NCBI GenBank assembly: GCA_946965045.2
Contig: OX337235.1
Span: forward strand, 3,348,001 to 3,412,000
DNA: 64,000 nucleotides
Source of the DNA: Epithemia pelagica
Lineage: Eukaryota > Protista > Bacillariophyta
Direction of reading: 5' to 3'
In this document: piece after piece, positions 56,164-64,000 of the stretch
Position numbering within the stretch: position 1 is the first letter of the stretch
How the letters are laid out: each line of letters begins with the position of its first letter
Notes under the pieces: generated by a model
Told to the model about the DNA's origin: nothing
Seen by the model: only the letters and a program-made list of their open reading frames with translations
The model's database searches: none
Translations under genes and position numbers: made by a program

Positions 56164-58511
56164 TTTCGATCATGCCGTCTTTCGTCCGTACACCAATCCC
56201 TTTGCCAAATTGGTATTGTGGTCCAGTTTGGTCCATCAAGCTGGATTCCTATGCTGTTCCAGTTTGAGTGGCTTTGCCATTGGGACGGTCCAAGATGCCG
56301 GATTGGTCTTTTTGTCGCGCATAAGTCATGACATTGCACCCCGCTTGTCACCTTGCGCGATTGGGTGAGGCAAGTGTTGCTTTGGGACGTCCTCTCGATA
56401 CCAATCGCGAATTGCGGACCGTCGGAATTTGCAATGGTACGTACTCGTACAAAAGTGGCGACAGTCCAGAAACGAGTACCACAATCAAGAGAGATTTCAA
56501 ACCTTACCATGAATTTTCTCTCCGTCCCTTTCTGTCCGATATCTGCGTTTGGAAACCGAACTATCACAGTCATGTCCGGTCTGACTGTTGGCTTTACCGG
56601 GTCCTACATCTTTTCACAAACCATTTTACGCGGTGGATTGGTATTTGTATCATGGCCCTGTACTTCTTTTTTGTCCTCTCTCCCCTGAATTTGTTGGAAT
56701 GGTCACCCCTCTTTTTCTTGGACAGTACCTTGATTTTTATCGGCTACGAGCTCTTGTACGAATGGTTGATTGAAATTCGAGACCGCATCTTGTGGTTTGA
56801 GTACGCTCTCATTTGGGGTACCTTTGTTGCCATTCATATCGTGGGGGTTGATGTCGGAATTTTGGTTGGTGTCGTGTCGGCCATGGTGGAACAGGCCTTG
56901 TCCACGGCGCAAACCACCACGGTCCTGTGTGTCCCCAAACGATCCAAGGCGGTCTGGAGTCGCGAGGAAATGCAACTCTTGCATCGACATGTCTATCAAC
57001 AAAACGACAGTACACGTCCCATTGTCACGTTGGAATTGATGGGACCCGCCTTTTTTGGCTCCGCCCTCTATCTCATGGAACGACTCTTGCACGAAGTGGG
57101 CCTTTCCACGACCCTCGACCATAACAACAACAACGACGACAAGGAAAGGATACAGAGCAACGGAAATGACACAAGGACGGACAATGGGCCATTCAAGGGA
57201 TCCCCCGCCATTCCCCATAGTCCGCGGACGTCGCCGTACTTTGTGGCACTCAACAAACGACCGTCCTTGTTTCATCAAGACGTTGCGTCGACCGTCTCCC
57301 ACGGTGGCCCCCACAATCACACGACCACTAGTGGCGGCTCTATTCCCCGGCGCAGTCCTCCCAAATATTGCGTCTTGGATTTGACGCAAGTGTCCAACAT
57401 GGATGCCTCGTCGGCTCGTTCGTGCTATGTCCAGTTTGCCAAATTGTGCAGTCAAGAGGGTATTACGGTCTGTGCCTCGGGTGCTACACCCCGCATTGCC
57501 TGGATGCTACGGACACATCAAGCCGCGTATCCACTCCAAGAGGATGAAGAACGAATCAAGGCGACCTTGTGGCACGTGACAAAAACATGCTCGACCACCA
57601 CCTCCTCCAAATCCTTGCAATCCCCGACGTTCCAACACCCCAAAGTGGACAAGATTCTCCTATTTCATACCACCCATGAAGCCTTGGAGTTTTGTGAAGC
57701 AAGTTTGATTCATGAATTTCAAAGTCAATCCACGTCGTTGTCCCAGACTAGTTCATCCGTCATGTCGGCGTCCCTAGGTTCGGCCAACAAGGACACGACA
57801 CTCTCTTCCATTTTGGGACGATTTCTCTTGGCCGGTTCCATTGCCACGGGCTACTCCCCCGAGGAGCTGCTCATTATTTTACAACGACTCGACAGTCAAC
57901 GATACCATTCGGAATTGGAGTACCAGGCGGGCGAGAAAATCATGGCCCAAGATACCCGACCGGAATCCTTTTATGTCGTGCTGGAAGGAGCAGTGGCCAG
58001 TGGTGCCGCCACGCCCGAATCCGTTCAACGACATCGACAACCCATTGTGTCGGGAGCCGGGCCCGTGCACTTGACGCAAAGTTCGAGTTTTACCAATTTG
58101 CTGGATGCGCTACCACTGGCATTTGGAGGACGGGGACAGGACGGGGCGGAATTCACAGCGACGACGACGACGACCGCAAACCCGACCGGAATACCGCCAC
58201 CACGCCAACCATTTCATCCCCATGCAGGCAGCTTGGGTGGTGGTAGTAGTGGCGGTGCGTACCATCCTCCAGTCGTGGTGGGTACTGTTTGGCCCCTGGG
58301 AGGTGTCTTTGGATTTACCGATTTGTGGTTGGATCGACCTCGTACCTTTGGAGCCTTTGCCACGCAAGATCCGACCAGAGTGGCACGCATTACAAGATCG
58401 CACATGAATCTACTCCAACAAGAAGATGCTCAACTGTTTGGCTTGCTCCATCAAGTGTTGTTGCGCGCGAGTATCTTGGATTTGGCCAATTGCACCTGCC
58501 ATGGAGTGTAG
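56164..58511 (+). pseudogene. Chimeric SLC26 type II copy 4, retaining the native 3' end
   Basis: Same N-terminal deletions as the other type II copies, but the frame is open from ATG 56652 to the native stop at 58511 (619 aa). Confidence 0.82.
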
Positions 58512-58998
58512 CAACCTTCCAAAGAACAACAACCTCACTAGGATACCTGTGTCAATGAAGGGAGCTCTACCACAGCTCGGGACAAGGAAGTCTAGTACAT
58601 CTCCTCAGTATAGTGTGTTGTTTTTTCGCTCCAACAGGGGGGCAAGTTGATCGCTGCCGTCGTCATACATACAGAGATTCTATGCAAGTATCGATAAATC
58701 ATCAAGCCGAACAAGATAATACCATTATCAGCTCCGACTCACGAGACGTTTAGTTCCTAACCAGCTTTCACTTTCCTTTTTAAAGCTGGAAATTGCTCCT
58801 TCCAGCTCTTGCTCCTCTTTGGATGCCTTTGAGATGGTAAAGCTTGTTTCCTACCGAGTGTTACCATTTGGTCTGCTGTGGCCTTTAGAGCCATTTCCAG
58901 TCGCTGGAGTATTAATTGCACCTCCAGCATGTCCTCCAAGTCCAACAAAACAGTTCGTTGTTCATCGAGAACAATGGTTCCCACAGAAGTGATGGATA

Positions 58999-59460
58999 AC
59001 TTGCCGAAAGAAGTTGAATGTCAGGTGCGCGAGCAAGAGTTCTAATATCTCTTATTTGATGATGAGACCGTTTCACAGTCATGATTGAGCTTATGGTAAT
59101 TCGAATTGGCTGAGTGGGATGTACCATCGTTATTAGTGGTCGACGACACAATGTCGTGAAAGAAGGGACCCAAAACCTCAAATGCCCAAGTAGTGGCTCA
59201 GGATGTCTGAACAGCCGTGTGGTGACAGGTCCTTCCTACTTGCCGAAAGATGCGCGAGCAAGGGTTCTTATATCTCTTATTTGATGATGAGACAGTTTCA
59301 CAGTCATGATTGAGCTTATGGTAATTCGAATTGGCTGAGTGGGATGTACCATCGTTATAAGTGGTCGACGACACAATGTCGTGAAAGAAGGGACCCAAAA
59401 CCTCAAATGCCAAGTAGTCGCTCAGAATGACTGAAAAGCCGTGTGGTAGCAGGTCCTTCC
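58999..59460. repeat. Imperfect tandem duplication (about 239 + 223 bp) within a diverged homolog of remnant X
   Basis: acttgccgaaaga...gtgtgg..caggtccttcc occurs twice and is homologous to the X region near 20.9-21.1 kb. Confidence 0.85.
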
Positions 59461-60018
59461 ATCAACATTCGTGACCCCGATCCAGTTCAAGCCTTGACTG
59501 CCGTTCGTCTACAAGGAATGTCGTGGATAATGTCGGAGGACAATTTGTGTCGCCGGATGAAGATTTGTCCATAGTCGGCATTGTTGTGGTCGTCAAAACC
59601 AATTTTATTGGAACCTTTTTGGTAGGTCGACAAGCCTATATCCAATACATGCAATCGCCACAGACCCACAAACATGGTTTTTCCTGATCCATGTACATTA
59701 TGCAATGGCTTCCTATCCATGAGTCATTCGGGAGCCGCACAAGCCGGAATCGAAAGTTTGACGGCCACATTTTTTATGGCATGGATGAGATATAGTGTTC
59801 GACTCTATAGCGTCTGATCAGGAATTATTTGTGAATGAGATAAAGAGCTAGGAGAAGAATCACAAAGCGTTGAAATAAAGAAAGTCTATACTTTTTGTAT
59901 TGTTGAAAGGAGTATACATCTATTCTTCATAGCATCATGAATTTCATCGAGGTTGACTGCAATTCCTCATCTTTTCACAAAGTGTTGGCCATATGACGCA
60001 GCGGATCACCGATCACGA

Positions 60019-60657
60019 CTATGAGTCGCTGGTATTCATCGCCGATGAAGTCGATTCCTTGTTGGTCTCGATGCTCATTGGATCGACTTGTGAACTCATC
60101 GTCACATCGCTAGTGTTGCTTTGGCGGGATGATACCTCTTGGTTCGCGTCCCCGGTACTCATGTCTTCGACACTGGTATTGCTTCTACCGACAACAATGT
60201 TCTCGGGTGGTGTTGCATCTGCGTATTCCTTGTAGAGACGCGCCATTTCGATCCAAGCACGAACGTAGCGACGGGCGCTCGTACTGTTTTTCCATTGATC
60301 CACAGTCATCAATACATGCTGAACTTGTTCATCTTTCGCGCTCGTGTTTGGTAGTGTGGACTCCATGAGGAGGCTTGAGTCGAAACAATCCAATGTTTTT
60401 GTGAACCGCTCAGAGTCGGCCACAATGGCTTTGAGGAACCTTACAATTTCTTGGTCGGTAATACCAGTGCTTATCTTCTTGTTGCTCCTTTGGCGACGCT
60501 TTGCAAATCCTTGCTTCGTTTTCTTGTCTTCTTCTGACCATACAATACCAGGAAACTGAACCTTCTTCTTCTCTTTCTTCTCCTCCTTCTTCATCTCCTC
60601 CCTCTTTGGTGTTGTCGAAGCTGTCGACACTTGATGTTGGAGCATATAATTAAGCAC
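60019..60657 (-). CDS. Hypothetical protein (212-aa ORF; may have an upstream exon at 60650-60886)
   Basis: Open frame with a Lys/Glu-rich N-terminal part and a helical-looking core. No family recognised. Confidence 0.5.
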   Translation of the reverse strand: MLNYMLQHQVSTASTTPKREEMKKEEKKEKKKVQFPGIVWSEEDKKTKQGFAKRRQRSNKKISTGITDQEIVRFLKAIVADSERFTKTLDCFDSSLLMESTLPNTSAKDEQVQHVLMTVDQWKNSTSARRYVRAWIEMARLYKEYADATPPENIVVGRSNTSVEDMSTGDANQEVSSRQSNTSDVTMSSQVDPMSIETNKESTSSAMNTSDS

Positions 60658-61217
60658 GCAAGGAATGGACGACAGTGGAGCTGAAGACCATTATCAAAAA
60701 ATGAATGGGATCAAATGAACCGGCAAGTAGCCAAGAAGCTGAAGACGTATCTGGACCGTGTGTCGCAGGTTGAATGGCGCGCAGGAACACATTTTCTAAT
60801 ACGTTCACCGTGGAGAGTCTCTTGTTTTGTTGCCCTCTTGTTGCGTCGTCATTTTGTCTCTCGTGCACGTCTTTGCCCTTTCCCATAAAAATTTGAGACT
60901 ACACGTGACTCGCGATGAAAAGAATGCCACACAAGAAAACACGACCCAGCACGGCTAGGTACTCCGAGCTATGCTCCTGACTACTCTAGGTAGTTAGTTG
61001 TCGTATTCGCCAAGAGCGGGAAGAAGCACAAGCCCCCGGTGAATGCAAACCACAGTTCATTGGGCCATGGGACATGATAAAGTTCAAGAATGATCGGATC
61101 TATACAGGAGATTCTGTTTCTATGTAAATTTGTCGCCGAGGGCAACCATACTGGACTGTCATCAAGACGTTGTTTCGACACGAAGACAACCCTTTCCCTC
61201 GCTTGCTGCTTTTTCGG

Positions 61218-62720
61218 CTACTCATCCTTGTCGTCGTCGTGCAACAGTTCTTGTACCGTTTCAGAGACAAATTGTTTGTGCCACGTGGGTCGTTGAATGG
61301 CGGCCCAGACATGTCCGCCCGGCATCCAGATTGTGTTCAACGCCGAGTCCAAACATTGGTGCATTTGACACGCAAATTCGTGACTGTGATGCGGTTTCAA
61401 AAAGGCATCGTGCGCCATACTGACAGCCTTGGCGACTTTGAGTTGGGGTCGTTTTTTACTGGACGTGGTCGCGTGAAAAAACATGTTGAGTTGAACCATG
61501 GACAATTCCTGAAACAAGTGCTGTCGTTTCGCCTCCTGCGACTTGTGGTTCGACGACGATATGGCGGACCAGTCAATGCCCTGTTGCAAAATACCATCAC
61601 AAAAGACATTGGGAGAGGCAGAACCGACATAGGCACACACACCCATGCGTTGTCCCAAAGCAGCGCGACGTTCCAAGGCTGTTGGACTGGGATTCTTGCT
61701 CTTGTTCGCCAAACTACTACGACGCAGCGGCAAACAGTGCAAGGCCCAATTGGCCGAACAGGCCGCCATGGCAGCTCCAAAACTAAAGCCAGTCCAACAG
61801 ACCACCGCCGAATCGTCTTGATGCAGTACATATTCGGCCAACTGGGCCGCTTCTTGAATGACGGAAAAGCCTTGCCAAAAGACATGTTCGACGGCATTCA
61901 AAAAGAATTTGGTTTGGTTCGCGGGACGACGATTCTTGTAGTAAGGAGCCGTGACCAAGAGACTGGACCACCCAAAGTTGTGTGCCAAGTCTTGGGCCAG
62001 GGACAAGCGCAAGGAGGAACCTTCTTCGCCCATGGCGGGTAACAAAATGACGTACACTTTTTGGCTCGGCTTGGTCGTGCCGTCGTCTTTGTCGTTGGAG
62101 GATGACGAGTCCTCCGCAACGGCGGCCGCCGGTTCGACTCGATAAAAGTGACAGTATTCCGATTCGGGTGGCAAGACGGAGGCCATGGGACTCTTGAATT
62201 TGCCCGCTTGCATAGTCACCACCAACGAAGAGCTGCTGCTCTTGTTGTTGCTGCGAACGGGCTTGGCGGGTTCCCATTCAATATCGGTGGATTCCAACGG
62301 TTGTCCCACGAAACGCTCAATGTCGTTGGTGTCGTTGGTAGTGGTCGGTTTCGTGTGGTCCTTGGTTTTGATTGGAGTTGCTGCTGCTGCTGCTGCTGCT
62401 GCTGCTTCTTCTTTCTGTTGTTGTTGCCGCATCCATCCCTGAAGGCCCTGGACCGTCTCGGTGTAGAGTTGGACATTGCCATAGCCATGGGAAAAGAATT
62501 TGACCTTGAGATTGGCCAGTGTCGCACACCATTGGACCAGCAAAAAGCCATAATCCAGCCAGCCCAACCAATAGCTTTGACAACGCCACCAGGACCATTT
62601 GGCAGGTTTCAGGAGAGCTGGATTGGGAGGACCCGCAGTTTGGGAACCACCCAACGACGAAAAAGAGGACCCGGCCGTCGATCTAGTCAATAAGGGTTGC
62701 TTGAGATCCTTGGTGCTCAT
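61218..62720 (-). CDS. ABHD18: Alpha/beta hydrolase of the DUF2048/ABHD18 family, 500 aa
   Basis: FFSHGYG, FKSPMASVLPPES, LLPAMGEE, APYYKNRRPANQ, nucleophile elbow GFSFG, Asp in AHDAFL and His in PGGHV. ATG at 62720. Confidence 0.85.
   Translation of the reverse strand: MSTKDLKQPLLTRSTAGSSFSSLGGSQTAGPPNPALLKPAKWSWWRCQSYWLGWLDYGFLLVQWCATLANLKVKFFSHGYGNVQLYTETVQGLQGWMRQQQQKEEAAAAAAAAATPIKTKDHTKPTTTNDTNDIERFVGQPLESTDIEWEPAKPVRSNNKSSSSSLVVTMQAGKFKSPMASVLPPESEYCHFYRVEPAAAVAEDSSSSNDKDDGTTKPSQKVYVILLPAMGEEGSSLRLSLAQDLAHNFGWSSLLVTAPYYKNRRPANQTKFFLNAVEHVFWQGFSVIQEAAQLAEYVLHQDDSAVVCWTGFSFGAAMAACSANWALHCLPLRRSSLANKSKNPSPTALERRAALGQRMGVCAYVGSASPNVFCDGILQQGIDWSAISSSNHKSQEAKRQHLFQELSMVQLNMFFHATTSSKKRPQLKVAKAVSMAHDAFLKPHHSHEFACQMHQCLDSALNTIWMPGGHVWAAIQRPTWHKQFVSETVQELLHDDDKDE
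62380..62406. repeat. (GCT)9 trinucleotide repeat encoding poly-Ala in the ABHD18-like protein
   Basis: Read directly from the sequence. Confidence 0.9.
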
Positions 62721-63646
62721 ACTGTTGTTGTTATTAATGATATGGATCCAGAACAACAGATTCTTATGTAATTGTTTTGGAGAAAACGAGGACGAGCGAA
62801 TGTATGCGAAAAGATTCCTCCCGTCTCCAAATAAGATTTGTGGTGGAGGAGGGCACAATTACAGGACGACCGAGCCGCCATGGTCGTCATCGTTGGATCT
62901 TCCTGTATGTTCCGCCTACGAATCGGCAGGAGTGTTCCAATGCGGTCGCTGATTTACACACTCCAGCTTTCTTACTTCAAAATATAATTATATAATCCTT
63001 TTATGTGAAAGCTTCACGCTGGGAAGCAAACCCCATGTATGCGTGTTTTGTGCGACCCGTGAGACGGCCTGGGAGGACACGACGGTTTGACGTTTGGGGT
63101 TTGGGATGATCGGATTCGTCAAAGATCAGAATTGACAGACGACAACATGCGAGATGGAGTCACTAATAGGTTCAACAAAGATTGAGAGAATCGACTGTAA
63201 AGAGTCTTGCTTTTGTGAGAGGTGTATTCGACTCATCGGATCAATCCATGCAAGACGCATCGGCCATGGCTGTGAGTGGATTTCTCTCAACGTGACCAAG
63301 ACGTACTTTGATGCGAGACTGGGGACTGGTAAACCGGTGCTTCTGGCCAGACGACCAGTCACTGCGTTGAGAATCTGCTGTAAAATATTAGTTTTGCAAA
63401 GGGCATTCGGCCATCGTTGCTTCTGTTTGTTTCACCATACACAAATGGAGGAGTGGCATGGCCAACACGCAAGTTCACGCTCCATAGCCAGTGGTTTCTT
63501 TTGTTATCATTGCTTGTAGAGGCTCTCACAGAGGCAAAGTATGAGGCCATTTCTCCATTGGTCACCGCTCCCGTGGTTGGTTTGTGGTTTCGCGTATTAG
63601 GAATGGAACCCACACATGAGCACCGGACACACCTGCACTTTTGCTT

Positions 63647-64000
63647 CTACAATCGCGCTTGTGGTGGAAGGCGTGGCCCATAGATGGGCAAATGATGGGT
63701 GTCATTAGGAATCTCGTGCAAGGGCAAATAGGTATAGGATTGTCCGCCATCGACACAGAGGGTGGCCCCGGTAATGTAACTTGCGGCATCGGACAAGAGG
63801 TAGACCACGGCACTGCTCACTTCGTGCGGTGTCCCAAATCGTTTGGCGGGAACGGACGGCAAGAGTTTGGCGGCATAGTCACTGCCGGCTTCGCCATAGG
63901 CTTGAAAGCCCGAATCGGTCCACACAATGCCCGGTCGGACACAATTGAGTCGCACACTGGATTCCATCCATTCCGTACACAAGGTGGCGGTCAAATTTTC
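63647..64000 (-). CDS. PECR: Peroxisomal short-chain dehydrogenase/reductase, trans-2-enoyl-CoA reductase-like; 3' part only (window edge)
   Basis: EW..SVRLNCVRPGIV, PAKRFGTPHEVSSAVVYLLSDAASYITGATLCVDGG and C-terminal ARL (PTS1 variant). Confidence 0.78.
   Translation of the reverse strand, partial: ENLTATLCTEWMESSVRLNCVRPGIVWTDSGFQAYGEAGSDYAAKLLPSVPAKRFGTPHEVSSAVVYLLSDAASYITGATLCVDGGQSYTYLPLHEIPNDTHHLPIYGPRLPPQARL

Larger units (their letters stand above)
1..58530. repeat. Large tandem segmental duplication array, unit 15,647 bp, about 3.7 copies, open at the left edge
   Basis: The same ORFs recur at fixed offsets: 15,647 (12075 to 27722; 21696 to 37343), 17,016 (27722 to 44738) and 20,986 (24 to 21010). 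The offset differences equal the visible insertions and deletions. Confidence 0.97.

Noticed and set aside
1-58530. Whole array as a pure assembly artefact
   Set aside because: The units carry private TE insertions with correct TSDs, private deletions and distinct nonsense alleles, more distinct versions than two haplotypes explain. Long-read confirmation is still advisable.
59487-59720. HGSGKT as a P-loop NTPase
   Set aside because: It lacks the first Gly of GxxxxGK[ST], has no Walker B and sits in a short frame in decayed DNA.

Overview
This is eukaryotic DNA, probably from a diatom (inferred from the GT-AG introns with CTAAC branch sites, the diatom-like Ty1/Copia element and the gene content). 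Positions 1 to about 58.5 kb are a tandem array of about 3.7 copies of a 15,647-bp unit that continues beyond the left edge. The unit order is: papain-like peptidase (-), chimeric SLC26 pseudogene (+), junction fragment, GT92-like glycosyltransferase (-), carbohydrate sulfotransferase (-), SLC26/SulP-STAS-cNMP transporter (+). All GT92 and sulfotransferase copies keep intact reading frames, but only one of seven SLC26 copies (49865-53488) does. Unit 1 carries a 6,242-bp Copia element with identical LTRs and no detectable protease motif. Unit 3 carries a 1,370-bp TIR element with no transposase and an orphan ORF. The chimeric SLC26 copies begin with an inverted copy of the upstream region of the ABHD18-like gene at about 62.8-63.0 kb. 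Single-copy DNA at the right end holds an orphan ORF, an ABHD18/DUF2048 hydrolase and the 3' end of a peroxisomal SDR (PECR-like). The best candidate for an undescribed system is the amplified GT92-sulfotransferase-SLC26 cluster, a possible sulfated-glycan module. All comparisons were made by eye; no database searches were run.
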